A DNA stretch of 64,000 bases from Marsupella aquatica (Eukaryota; Plantae; Marchantiophyta). Positions 26,543-39,130 of the stretch are shown piece by piece (the first letter of the stretch is position 1; each line of letters opens with the position of its first letter). Below the pieces are notes generated by a model. That model had not been told where the DNA came from and did no database searches. It worked only from the letters and a program-made list of their open reading frames with translations. Where the stretch lies: contig OZ316892.1 in NCBI GenBank assembly GCA_973895155.1, forward strand, positions 21,701,619-21,765,618, written 5' to 3'. The position numbers and the translations under genes are program-made.

Positions 26543-27120
26543 AGTTTAAGGACCCTTTGGTTATGTAAGTTTGATGAATTTCAACAATTAACTAACTTAG
26601 AACACATGAAGAGTTGTATATTGGAATAGGTTTGAATATGGAGATGAGAGCAAAACTTGAGTAGATTATTCATGGAAGAAGTGCATGCACAACGTTCCCT
26701 TGGTACTCCTATGTCCATAGAGTCCATGCAAAATGCTATAGTAGCCAAGGGTTTCTTAATTACATTCCTTTGACATTCTTTTATCCATAGTAATCACAGG
26801 GTTTCTTATGTCTTGGTGTTCCTTTTTCCATAGTTACCAAATGGTTTCTTACATTACCTTAGGTAAATGTTAATGTAGTTGAGGAGTTTCTTTCTATCCA
26901 AGATTATTCCCCTGTTCATCCCCTTCTTTGTTATTTGAAATGTTATTTTTCAGTTTTCAATTGTTTTTACAGTCACAAGGTCTAACTATTTTTCTTTTAC
27001 TTGTTTCAAACACATATCTCTTGTTTGGTGCTTTTTGCATATCAAACCATTCTTGTTTGTGATCAATAGTGCTATGTGGCTTCACCTGCTTCCAAGAATT
27101 TTGGAAGGAACTTCCCATGG
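26543..27120 (+). repeat. Dispersed repeat, copy 1 (probable non-autonomous DNA transposon)
   Basis: Collinear with 36271-36930, e.g. agattattcatggaagaagtgcatgcacaac, cctatgtccatagagtccatgca, tttcttaattacattcctttga. Confidence 0.85.
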
Positions 27121-27943
27121 GGGTCGGTAATAATTTTCTTGTCCCACTTGCATTTCCTTGCCTCTAGGGAACATCTTTGTCTAGCCTTGAGATAGTTGCC
27201 TCTCCTCTACATCTTTCAAACTTCTCCATATCTTTTGTGAACATTGTTGTCTCACCTTGAGTATATTTGCCTCTGGTCTACATCTTTCAAACTTCTGGAT
27301 AACTTTTTGTGCACTGCGTAAACATGTGGCTACTCTATTAATAAAAAGCAATTGAAAGCTAGGATAAGAGCCTAGAATGAAAGTTCTAGAATGTGACTCT
27401 TCGGGGCGAGAGCTAGAGATTCACTTAGAGGTGGGAGTGTAAATGATGAGAGCAGTCTATTTGTAGTGTGTAAGCAAAGCTCTAGTACTCAGCCAAGTAA
27501 TAATTATTGTCCCCCTTACCAATAAGGCAAGATCTGAAGATCCTGCAAGATGAGCTGCACGGGAGCTATGGCGGCGGGGCCAACGACGTTTAGTACAACT
27601 GTACCGTCCCGTAGGATTCTTCTTTTGCTGCTGAAAAAAGAAATTAAAGAAAGCCCAGGCTTCAAAGAAAAGAGTCATGGCGGGAGGACTATACTTTGTT
27701 GCGGTGGGAGTCTATGAAGCTCACGTCGTTCCAGTCCGACTTTCAAGAAAGTTCTTCACGACAGTCGAACTATTCTCTTCTTTTCTGGAGTTCTGACCCC
27801 AACTCGGGAAGGGAAACAGCAGTCAAGATTCTCAAGAAGTCAAGAATGGCGCGCTCTTTAATTGGAGTGAGCGGCGGGGACGTGATTTCAAGGGATCAAA
27901 GCGGTGTCTCGAGTTTGCAGAAAGCGTAGATGACATTCTAATT

Positions 27944-27966
27944 CAGAGAGAAGAGAGAGAGAGAGA
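27944..27966. promoter_or_regulatory. (GA)n tract in the probable promoter/5' region of the FDM-like gene
   Basis: agagagaagagagagagaga. GA/CT tracts commonly mark plant TSS regions. The ATG at 29259 follows a cag acceptor, implying a 5'UTR intron. Confidence 0.45.
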
Positions 27967-29258
27967 TTTTGGACAATTATAGGAAGAGGTGACATTATAA
28001 TACACAGAGAGAGCAGAAAGGGCGAGAAAGAGCATCCGACGGGAGTTGGGCTGACTGGCTATCCAGCCGGGTGCCGAATTGCGTCCCCAAAACAGGAGGA
28101 GGAGTCGTTGCTCCGGTGATTTTGAATGTAATGTGACTCACCCCATTTCTGTAGCGATTTTTGTTGTCTTTTCTCGCTCTTATCTCTCTCGAGTGGAATT
28201 CGATGCATTCTTATATCGTGTTACGTCAATGTGTTTTTCCTTCCTAGCGGCGTTCTGTGTGGCGTGTGTGAAAGCCTTTGAGCTGCTAAGAATTGCAGCT
28301 GCGTATTGCGTGATGAGGGGTTTGATTGGGTGATGATGTGTCCTAAGGGTATCCTGCATTGTCCAGTATTATGATTCTTGCATCACCACGCTACCGGGAA
28401 CATTTTTGACAAAGTGAAGCACTGCAGAATTCCACCAGCGGGTTGATTGCTCTGCCCCAAGTCATGCACCACTAGGGGGCCATGAGTGTGTCCCAGGGGC
28501 CCGGTTGAACCTCCTCGGAATCCAGTCTTTGTCTTGGCGCAGTGCATATCAGTGAAAACTGTTTGTGTGGTTGGGAGTTTCTCGTGTACCGCGATTCCTC
28601 TCAGATGGGGGATAGAAAATGCAGCTGGGCCCTCTCACTCTTTTCCTTTCTTCGCAATCCCAGGAGTCCTGCTTCGAATTCCTGTGTCAAGGCGGAGCGA
28701 ACACTCCCAAATCAAAGTATTTCTCATTTCGTACTGAGGGTTTTTTCTCGTACGAGAAACTTGTTTCAAGATAGGGCAAGAAAATTCCGGTGACATCGCT
28801 GTTAATATAGAGTCCTGCTCTAATCGTAAAATAAATTGTCCGATATCAAAGCTCATCATGTGGCCTCAAATCATGGAGGGCCGTGATTCTTTTATGATAT
28901 CTTGGGCTGGGGGTGGGCAGCTTTTTGCCGTAAGCTCTGGCAAGTTAGAAGGGTGCAAAAACAGAATTGCTGTCGATTCCGCTCTTCATATTTGAGAATG
29001 ATGACATTTGCCTGTTGCCGACTCGATGGACACTTAGGCAAAAGGCAACTCCAACCCCTCACCTTCAACAGTCTCCTGTTGCGCCGAATCTTGAACGCGC
29101 TGAATTTCTTCTTCTTGTCTCTTCACCGAGAATGCGAAATTGCAAAATTGAGTCCAAATTGAGTCCAATGGTTGCATTGATACGATGTTTTGGAAAATAA
29201 CTTTAACCCTGGCTTTCTCTCGTTGGGTGGTGTTTCTTACCGCTGGTGGTGTCGCAGA

Positions 29259-32200
29259 ATGGATGACGATGACTACTCATCAGAGGACATTGAGGACTTT
29301 GAAGAGAAGGCTCTGGCGGATCTCAAAAGCGGGGAGCTGCAAGTGAGGAATCCGGGAGGAACCCTGCGATGTCCCTTCAGCCCCAGTCGGAAGAAGCAGG
29401 CCTACCCGTACAAAGATCTTCTCCAACATGCAGAAGGTGTCTCAAAAGGAAAGAGGGGGGCAGAGGCAGCCGGGAAGCACCGTGCGCTTTGCATTTACTT
29501 GAAAACGGAGCTTGTAGATCTGGCCTTACCCCCAGTGGAGCGCGTGCACAAGTTGGAGCTTGCAGCTCCTCAGAGGAAGGATGCTGAGGATCTACTTGTG
29601 TACCCATGGTCTGCAGTAGTTTTTAACATAGACAACAACGGTAGGAGTAGAGAAGGGCTGCGTGTGGGTCCAGGGGTGGCAGATATTAGGCAGCATTTTG
29701 CTGTGTTCAATCCTGAAAAAACTCATGTATTTTGGGGTCCCCAGGGCCACATGGGCATGGCGGTCCTAACCTTCATGAAGCAATTAGAAGGCTTCAAAGA
29801 CGCTCAGGCGTTCGAGAAGTGGTTCATCGACAAAGGGCACGGTAGGAGAGACTGGGAGAGACGACGGAGGGAAGGTCTTGGCAATGAGCTTTACGGGTGG
29901 CTTGCTCGGAAAGAGGATTATGAGGGAAGAAGAGAATCCAAGGAGGATGCCGTTGTGGCCAAATATCTGCAAGATAATGGAGATCTCAAAGACGTTGGCA
30001 TGGTCGGTCAGGAAATGAACAAGATCCAGGATCAGCGGTTCAAGAGCCTGGCTGCAACTGTGTCTGAGAAAAACACCCAATTTCAGAATCTGTTGATCGA
30101 GAGTGAAGTTATGAGAAGAAATACAGAATATGTAATGCAAGAATTGGCAGAGAAGCACCAGAAAGGTTCGTCTCTCCCTCTCTGCTATGTTATTAAGGTT
30201 GTCGAAGTCTCACGCTGAAGGTGGTCTAGGTCTATCACACGTCAATATCCTGTTTGCTACAAGGACAGGACCGATGTCTGCTTCATAATGTCCTTCCAGT
30301 TATCGAGTTGAAGTTATAAGAACCTCTGCGATTGCAATGTGATCGGTTGTTAGAATGTTGACCCTGGACTTCTACTGAAGGTCTGTTTTCTTGTCCACCT
30401 TTAGATAGAATTTGGCTCTGACGTTCTGTTCTACTTACTGTACTGTTGTAGAGTTGGAAGAAGTGACAAAAAAAGCAAAGCAATCTACAGAAGAGCACAC
30501 TCAGGCTATGCACGAACACAACCGGATATTGCAATCTTCTATGGAAGTTCTTCAAAAACGCTGCAAGGCGCTAGAGGATAAAGAGAAGGATATGAAAAAT
30601 CAAGCTGAAAGGGCACTTCTCGAACAAGAGAAGACCCAGGTAACGTCTTTGTTGTCTCGATAGATTTCGTTGCGACCATCGTGAAAGACTCCACATTTTA
30701 ACTGGATAAGCATATTTTTCTTAAAGGGAGAGAATGAAGAAAAGCTGTCACTGTTCTCGAAGCGCGTGAAGACCAGATTTGGATCTCTGGATGTATGAAA
30801 CTTTTCATTTATGTTATAGATTTCGTTTTGAGCTTTATTTCTTGGAAAAGGGGGTCTCTTGGAACTGTGTCTGAGGGCAAAACAATGTGTAGCCATCCAG
30901 TCACTCTAGGCATTGTAAATATATTTCAATTCTCGTTGAATAAACAATTAGTGACTTGCATGGCTTTTTTTCTGCAGAATCGTCGGCAGTTGGACATTGT
31001 GAATCGACAAACAGAGATGCAGAAAAAACATCACACTGACCAAATTAAACTGATCAAGAGGCATGAGGTAAAATTTATGTCTTGGGTTGTGCTCTAAATC
31101 CTCACACTACTCAGCCCAGATCAGATTCATGTCCAGGCTTCTCATTCCGTCAATTTAAGGTCTTGTCCTTTTTTGGATTCAAAGCGCTACTTCCAAGCTA
31201 TGTTCAAATAAAGACCAAAATGTTCTTAGACTAGTGTCAGCTGCCTTCAAATACGTTTTGTCATGGAATGCCACGCTGATCTGTCTCTTTGTTTTGGTAC
31301 ACTTTCTACAGGAAGAAAAGACGAACCTCGAAGTATATATACAAAACAAGAAGCTATGTCTTGCAAAACAACATCACCATGAAGTAGAACTCCAACGTCT
31401 AGGGGAGATAATTGACACTGACACATTCAAGGAGCTGGCAGAGAATTTCAATATGACAGGGGAGGAAGCTCACAGTAATACAGAAGATTTGAAAAGTAGG
31501 ATCAAGGCTATGGAAGAGCAACATAAAGAGGAACTTGAGGACCTCAAGGACGAGAATGAAAATAACAATAACATGATAAATGTTCTAATGAATAAACACA
31601 GGACTGCCAATGACGAACTCGAGGAGGCACACAAGCTTGCTGTGAAGGTAATGGTCCGCACTTTTCATTTTCCCAGACTGATTCTCAGTGGAGCTCTTGT
31701 TTTATGTTCTAGTGTTTAGTTTTTGCACTTCTTATTATAACCAGTCTCCTGAATTTGATCATGCGTTGTCTTCTCACCAGGCGTTGCACAAATATGGGAA
31801 TGAGACATTCAAAGTAAAGAGGATGGGAGAAATTCAAAAAGAACCCTGGCATGCTGCATGCCGACAAAGTTACCGTAGCCACAAGGAGGGATGGGAGATG
31901 GTTCTAACAACAAAGATTTCGGAGTGGGAGAAATTGCTGGCGGACCACGAATTCACGATTTTCAAGACGGTGCAGACAGGAGGACAGGACAAATGGGAGG
32001 TACTATCAATATTTTTTCAAAAGGACTTACCAAGGACATGCACAAGTTTCCTGCAACAGTTCTTTCTGAGATTGATGTCTGTTTTATGACAATATATGTA
32101 CAAATGCCAAAATACTATGCACCGTGCTGGGTAACGATTGATTGATTGACATTTGAATGGGAAAAAGTACTGATAATTGTGGCATTTGTTATGGATCTGC

Positions 32201-32468
32201 ATCACAGCGCCAAGTTGACCCCGACAATGAAAAACTACAAGCGCTGAGGAGTGAACTGGGTGACGAGGTATGGCAGACTATTGTGACCGCAATGGAGGAG
32301 ATTGAGGAGTACAATGCAAGTGGACGTTACCCCGTACCTGTCATTTATAATTATGCGAAAAAGAGGCGAGCTACCTTGTGCGAGGTTATTACAGTCTTGA
32401 TGAATCACATTCACCGTCTGGAGACGAAGAAGAAGAAAGGAGTGAAAAGAACTGTGGCTAATAGATGA
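29259..32468 (+). CDS. IDN2/FDM-like RNA-directed DNA methylation factor (zf-XS, XS, coiled coil, XH), ~666 aa, 6 coding exons
   Basis: Exons 29259-30165, 30452-30639, 30978-31067, 31312-31647, 31781-31999 and 32208-32468. zf-XS RCPFSPSRKKQAYPYKDLLQHA...HRAL. XS LLVYPWSAVVFNI...GFKDAQAFEKWF..GHGRRDW...LYGWLARKEDY...YLQDNGDLK. XH ANDELEEAHK, VKRMGEI, WEKLLADHEFTIFK, KLQALRSELGDEV...EIEEYNASGRYPVPVIYN...RATLCE. Confidence 0.92.
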
Positions 32469-32750
32469 ACGGAAGATTTTTAGGGTATATTTGGGACATT
32501 CCAGCCGGCGTAAGGGTGTGGATGCTCTTAGCCGTTATGAGTGTATATTGTCATCGTCATTGCCGGATGTAAATACCTCTTTACTTGAATTGGCATCTAG
32601 CTTCTGTCGATATCGGCGGGAGCCGTCCCAACAACGGAACCTAGATCTCCTAGATTGTATTGGAGTGCCCACTTACACTCTCCACAATGGATTGTAAAGG
32701 AAGTGTTGCTGTTGGAACTGTTTGTGGCTGCATGTAGATTGTGAGGTATG

Positions 32751-33250
32751 TGCTATCCAAAAACCGTGATCAACTATTTGGGCCTTTAAAGCTGAGTCGA
32801 CACTGGGAAGCCATCGATTCTCTAGGGTGAATACTCTCTAAATTACACATGATTCTAGAGAGTACTGACCATCTATTTTTGAAGCCCATCCTGCTCTCCA
32901 AAAACCATGATAACTATTTGGACCTTTAAAGCTGAGTCGACAATGGGAAGCCATCGATTGTCTAGGGAGAATACTCTCGAAATTGACATGATGAATAGGT
33001 TCTCTCTAAATTACACATGATTCTAGGGAGAATACTGACCTTCGCCCATACCTGCTATCCAAAAAAAGTGATCAACTATTTGGACCTTCAAAGCTGAGTC
33101 GAGTCCGTTCACTGTTGCCAAAGCAGAGATGTCCCATTGTCATTGGGCAGCCATCGATTCTCTAGGGAGAATATACTATCTAAATTGACATGATAAATAG
33201 GTTCTCTCTAAATTACACATGATTCTAGAGAGAATACTGAGCTTCTATTT
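32751..33250. repeat. Three diverged 140-200-bp tandem units just 3' of the FDM-like gene
   Basis: Units start at 32751, 32892 and 33053 (tgct.tccaaaaa..tgat.aactatttgg.cctt.aaagctgagtcga...gccatcgatt.tctaggg.gaata...aaattacacatgattctag). Confidence 0.9.
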
Positions 33251-34983
33251 CTTCACAACCACTAGTGTACTTCCCTGAGACATAGGACTGGCTGCACAAT
33301 GAAACACAAAGTTGCTTTTATTTCTTTCTAGGTTTTGGGGGTTTGCACTTGTTTTGGGGGTTTGCTTTTGCGCTCTTATTTTGTTTTAGTGTTTATCATC
33401 TGTGGATATGTCGTGCTTTTACTTTACTATATTTTGTTTGGCCCTACATAATTTACTGGTGTTTTTTTAGTGCACCTCAACACACTGTAGTTTTGCTTGC
33501 GAATAATACATTTGTGTCCTACTTCGACGGTTAGGGCTAAGTTCCATGGTCAGGGGATAGGGAATAGGATCCCTCCATCGACCAGCTATTCCAAGGTGTA
33601 CAAAATGTTGAAAAAGTTTGATTTTGGACTTGAAATCTAGTGACGTGGATTTGGGTGCCAATGAGAATGCTCTGCACTTCTACTAAGTAGAAAGGGGAGG
33701 GGTAACCCTGGAGTCTAAAGGGGGTGCAATGGAAAATCATACTCTATGCCACATTATTTGTATGTCCTTGGTCCCTCTAAAGTCTCCAATCTTATTGGCT
33801 CAAACATTGTGACACATCTGAACTACTCACTCTCGGCCCATGGAACTCAGCCTTAGTAGAGTGACCTAACTGTGTACCATGACAGCATCACACTACAACA
33901 GCTGTAGCTATTACATTATTTTGTACCCATCATTTCCTGAGTTTGGACTTTGCATTGTCTCCTGGCTTTGTTTAATGTTTGTCCTCTACACCTCTTCTGC
34001 TTCTAAGTTTGTGTGTTTTGTTTCGTCTTTTATATATAACCTCGTCCTTTTCTTTGTTAGTCTAGTTTTTGTCCTTTAAGTCTATGTTTATTTATAAGCT
34101 TCATTGTACTTTGTTTAGCATTTGGACTAAATTGGTCTCTTTCCCCCAAAATAAACAAAATTGGACGACTATTGGTGACTATTTTGGTGTCCCTGGACAT
34201 TCATTGGCTTTGACTTCTGCCCAGCTGGCTCAACAAGACGGGACAGATGACAGCTGTCAGCTTCAATGGGACGTGGATATCCCAACTATCATATTCAATT
34301 GAGTCTACCGTACCTTCCGTATCAGGGTTTCTCCAATTCTCTTGCTCCCAGGTTTTGTCTTGGCCATACATGCTGAATCAGTGTTTCTTACTCTGCCAGG
34401 TTTCTCCGTAGTTACCATTTGTTTCACTCATCTTAGTAAAAGAGTGTGAGTATACTGCGCTCTTTCTTAGTGAAATATTTATATCATTTATCATTCTACA
34501 GTATGGTTTCACAATATTAGTGTTCAGTTTTCTACCCATCATTTGTTTAGTTAGAGTTTGGATATGTTCTCGTCTTTTGTGTTTCGTGATTATTGTCTGG
34601 TGTATATTTCATGATTTGTTCAGTTTGGAGTTTGCATCTGCCCTTTTCTTCTGTGTTCTACTTTTGTCGTCTCTGGGTCTGCTGGGGGATTTTAGGGTTT
34701 AGTGAATGACTCAGTGAATATTTTGTAGATACCATGTGTGATACTAGCCTACTATAACTATTCAATTTTTTAATCAATATTGCCATCGTCAATGTTAACA
34801 AAAACATTTACTATAAAAATATTTAATACAAGGTTATAAATTTCTATTACCATATACCTCTTTTAAAATTTAGTTAATTTCAATGAAAAACACTTATTGG
34901 ATTGATATGGTTTCTAAAAGTTTTGGTAGTCAATCCCTTGAGTCTCAAACTCTTTTGTTCCTACTCTATTGTACTTTGTTTGG

Positions 34984-35160
34984 CCTTTTCCAAATAAATG
35001 TTCCCCGGATTGTTTACTTTCCCTTTGTGTGAGTGTCTACTTTGCTCTTTTATTGCTCTTTCATTGGGAAATGATACTAAATATTGCCCAATGAAAGAAA
35101 CAAAGTAGACACACACAACGAAAGGGACCAGTCCTGGGACCAATTTATTAGAAAGCACTT
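34984..35160. repeat. ~180-bp imperfect inverted repeat (hairpin/MITE-like)
   Basis: tccctttgtgtgagtgtctactttg..tctttcattggg pairs with cccaatgaaagaaacaaagtagacacacacaacgaaaggga. Outer arms ttttccaaataaatgttccccggatt and agtcctgggaccaatttattagaaag also match. Confidence 0.75.
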
Positions 35161-36270
35161 TCCCAATGAAAGTGTTTTTCATGAAGTTCAAATTGCCTGT
35201 CTTTGATTTTGATACATTTATCGAAAACTAAACATTGTCACTCTGGCTATACTCTGACTGTTTGAAAACAAAACATTGTCACTCTGGCTATACTCTGACT
35301 GTTTCCCCAGGCAAGTGTATACTATTCCCTTCTGCCTGAACAGTGCTCATTCTCGACCACATACGTTTCAAGTGCCTGGAACAGTAAGGGCATCATTCTC
35401 CAACAATAGCTCCTAAGACATGCAAAGAGTTTGGCAGCCCTAAATCTCATGGGAATACTCCTCTCACAGTGGAAAGAAGTACATTACCAGCTCTAATATT
35501 GGTTGTGGTATGACGAGAGATTGGATTGCCATTTCAAATGGTGCATATGCACACAATCTTGTACACACTATAATATGCAATCCTGCCAGTTGTTGGATGT
35601 GATCTTTTTACAAAAAGCAGAAATGGCAAGAATGAATCATGAGCATGTGCTTTGATATGAGATTTCTAGCTGTGACCACTGGAATGCAAAAATCTGCGCA
35701 AGTCTGTGGCCAACCCTTTAGTTTCCTGAATGAAAATAACTACTAGTAGGTTTATTGAGGACTATAAAAATCTGAACTTGTTAGGAGGAACCAGGGTTCT
35801 ACTGGAACTGAAGTCCGGCATCATTTTTGACAAAAGAGAGAAAATAGGGAGAGGGAGACCAGTTTCCGCCACCATTTTTGACAAGAGATTGAGATAAAAA
35901 AAAGGGTGAGGGAGACTCAGGGGGAGACCGTTTTCCTGCACTTGTGCTCCAAAGACACATTGTAGTGTACTCTGGATTTTCTCTTATGATGTATTGCCTA
36001 ACACAACGTGCATTACTAACGAGAATGATTTCTTCCCTCTAATCCCTGTGCAGCTACAGCCAGGGAGTCTTAGAGAGAAAAGAAATGAAAATATATGAGG
36101 TTAACTTCAATATATCATGCCTGGGTTTCACCTCAGTGGTCCAAAGCAACTTTTTTTGGGGGAAAGATTTGCTAGACCCCACCTCTTTTAGTCACTTTTG
36201 GCAAAACTGCTAGGCATTTTGTCCTTTGCTTGGCAGTTTCACACCTAGCCTCACACCCCATTACCCAAAT

Positions 36271-36930
36271 GAGTTTGAGGACCCCTTGGCTATGTAAGTT
36301 TGATTTTATTCAAAAACTAAGTTAGAACACATGAAGAGTTGCATATAATTGGAATATGTTTGCATATGGAGATGAAAGGGAAAAAAGACTAGATTATTCA
36401 TGGAAGAAGTGCATGCACAACTTTGCCTTGGCATTCCTATGTCCATAGAGTCCATGCATATGCTATAGAAACCAAGCGTTTCTTAATTACATTCCTTTGA
36501 TATTCCTTAGTAACAATAGTAGTCAAAGAGTTTCTTATGTTCTCTTGGTGTTATTTTTTCCATAGTAACCAATGAAATAGTTTCTTACATTACCTTAGTA
36601 AATGTTACAGTAGTTGAAGAGATTTTTTCTACCCATGGTTATTCCACAAATTGCTAATTAAATAGAAAAGTCATACAATCTATTGGAAAACACTGATATA
36701 TCAATCACAACCCATCCAAATGTTATTTTCCTTTACCCCCTTTTCACCTTTTTTGGTTTATTTGAAATGCTATTTTTGAGTTTTCAATTGTTTTTGTGTT
36801 TTCAATTCTTTGTTTTACTTGTTTCAAACGCACATATCTTGTTTGGTGCTTTTTGTATAACAAAAATTTATTGTTTATGACCAATAGTGCTGCACTCGCT
36901 TCCAGGGATTTTGAAAGAAAGGGTTCCATA
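36271..36930 (+). repeat. Dispersed repeat, copy 2 (same family as 26543-27120), apparently nested in an older hAT-like element
   Basis: Shares long blocks with copy 1. Flanks 36145-36270 and 36950-37177 resemble the left and right halves of the MITE at 37728-38014. Confidence 0.8.
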
Positions 36931-37184
36931 AATATGACTGGTTATAGTTAAGTCTAGGGATATGATGGTCATAAATCAAGCTAATATTTGGATCAGGAAT
37001 ATTCTATGCACCATCTTTTCCATCACACCGTGCTTCACACAAGGTGACATCTAGATTTAATGGTCATAAACTTATCTAAGAATTATATCAGGAATATACT
37101 ATGTAGAGTATTCTCTTTCACACAAAGTGACATTTACCACCCTGGCAAAATTGTGTATTTTAAAAAAAATTACACTTGTCCAGA

Positions 37185-37395
37185 AGTCTCAAAACTCACT
37201 TGTGAATTTTTGAGTTTCTCAGCCAAAACATCAAGGAACCCTTGAGTACTAGCCTGTCCATTCTTTGAACGTAAAAAGACATTCACGCCAGTCTCAAAAC
37301 TCACTTGTGAATTTTTGAGTTTCTAAGCCTAAAACATCAAGGAACCCTTTGAGTACAGCCTGTCCATTGTTTGAACATAAATAGACAATCACGCC
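37185..37395. repeat. ~105-bp tandem duplication
   Basis: agtctcaaaactcacttgtgaatttttgagtttct...aaaacatcaaggaaccctt...agcctgtccatt...cacgcc at 37185 and 37290. Confidence 0.9.
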
Positions 37396-37727
37396 CGTGT
37401 AGAAAACCCCCGTTTCTTACTTGTAGACTGTCAATTTAGATTGAGCTCCAAGTTAGAGGTCTAGAGATTTCACTCTGGATTGTAGGCTCTGACGAGGAGT
37501 TCTTTAATCACAATTATATAAATGGATGAAAATTTGAATAGTGAGGTTCGGATCAGCTATAGGAGAGATGGTAAGCCTAAAATCCATACCCTCTTTCCCA
37601 ACCCCATCAATTTCTAACAACTACTTACTACTGCTCTCATTCAGAAAGAGCAATTGTACTGAAAGATGCAATGAATAGAATTTGAAACGTCTAGTGTGAA
37701 TCGTGGAGCACTTAAATCACTTGAAGG

Positions 37728-38014
37728 CAGCTTATTTTTTAAGTGCGGATTTTAGCCAAATTCCATCTCCCCAAAAAACTTTCGCCACTTTTGGCTAAGA
37801 TTCGCTACATTTTTCTGACACCATTAGCTACTCTTTCACCAAATCATTGACCCCATTAGCCAGAATCTAACGGATCTCCTTAAATCTAGGGATATCTGAC
37901 GGTCGTAATTTAATTTAATAAAATTTGACAGAGAATATTCTTAGAATCTACTCACTCAAAGAAGCAAACATTCGTCACACTGGCTAAAAATAAAAATCCT
38001 TAAAAAATACGCTG
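37728..38014. mobile_element. hAT-like MITE (287 bp)
   Basis: TIRs cagcttattttttaag and cttaaaaaatacgctg (15/16 match). 8-bp flanking repeat CTTGAAGG/CTTGAAAG (7/8). CAG-initial TIRs and an 8-bp TSD are hAT hallmarks. Confidence 0.75.
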
Positions 38015-38398
38015 CTTGAAAGGCATGATTGTGTTTGTTCAGAAGAGAAATTAATACTTTAATAGCATCTTCCACGAAAAACAAGTCAAATGACGTACCC
38101 CCCACAACTATACACACGGCTGCCAATTATTCTCTGACATTTAATCTCCGCCGTCGATTCTCTTTCTTTAATAGACTAGGAGCAGTGGTTTAAATGTTTT
38201 GACGTACTGTCCGTTGATCTGTGTACAATTTTCTTGTAGTTAAAACAAAATCACCTTTCTGAATGATTACTTAGAATCCAGATGTCGAATATTCAGATTA
38301 CTGCTTTGGTGTGCAGTTTCGTACCGCTGGGAGAAGATTTTCTAACTGCAGTTATTTTGACTCTTGCTCACTGAACAGACTGATGAAGATTGAATGTG

Positions 38399-38770
38399 TT
38401 TAAGTGCAGCATGGATAAGTGCATTCCTTGGATACGTGCAGGCCGGTCATGTCGTCCCCAAATAGTCTAAGCGCATCATGGATAAGTGCACGATCATGCA
38501 TTCGCCTGTCTATGTGCATCATGGATAAGTGCAAGATGGTCATGTTGTGCTCTAATAGTCGAAGTGCAGCATGGACAGCTGGAATCAATGGATAACTGCA
38601 AGCTAATCATGTAGTCTCCTAGTAGTCTAAGTGCTGCATGGATTACTGCATTCCACCGATAAGTGCAGGCCTTCATGTAGACCCCTAATGTTAGAAAGTA
38701 TTCCTTTGTACATGCACTGAGAAGTACGGTTTCCATAAGTGCATTTTGCCCCTCATTAAATGACAATTAT
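38399..38770 (-). repeat. Repeat with recurring (cat)ggataagtgca motifs; same family as 53900-55127 (inverted)
   Basis: taagtgcagcatggataagtgcatt (38401) is nearly the reverse complement of aatgcacttatccatgttgcactta (~54500). Internal ~60-bp periodicity. Confidence 0.65.
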
Positions 38771-39130
38771 ATAATTATATTTTTGTCTATAAGTGTAAAC
38801 ATACATTCATCAGTTATTGCTATTAAAGAGTAGACAAGACTAGCCTGAATTACCTCTTCCTTGAATTAAATAGAGGTGAAGAGCAAAAAACATTGCAAAA
38901 AAAATTCTATGTTATCTGTAGGTTAAATTTGCCCCATCCCAATGTTTTGCTCACTCTCACTTTGCCCTTATTTAGATTCCACTTTTTTGTCCTTATTTTC
39001 AAGTCCGACTTTATCTTTATTTGGAGTTACAGTGTAGAGGCTTGACTCTAGACCCTAGCCCTTGAAAGCAGTTTATATTACTTTGCGTGTTATTAGTAAG
39101 ATACCCTAACCCCACATGGTTAACACTCTC

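Noticed and set aside
29369-30158. Alternative-frame and antisense ORFs overlapping FDM-like exon 1 (and similar shadows over other genes)
   Set aside because: Explained as by-products of the true coding frame.
32988-33038. C/D-box-like ATGATGA...CTGA within the 3' tandem array
   Set aside because: Only ~50 nt, no terminal stem, C box not kept in the neighbouring copies, and no rRNA complementarity recognised.
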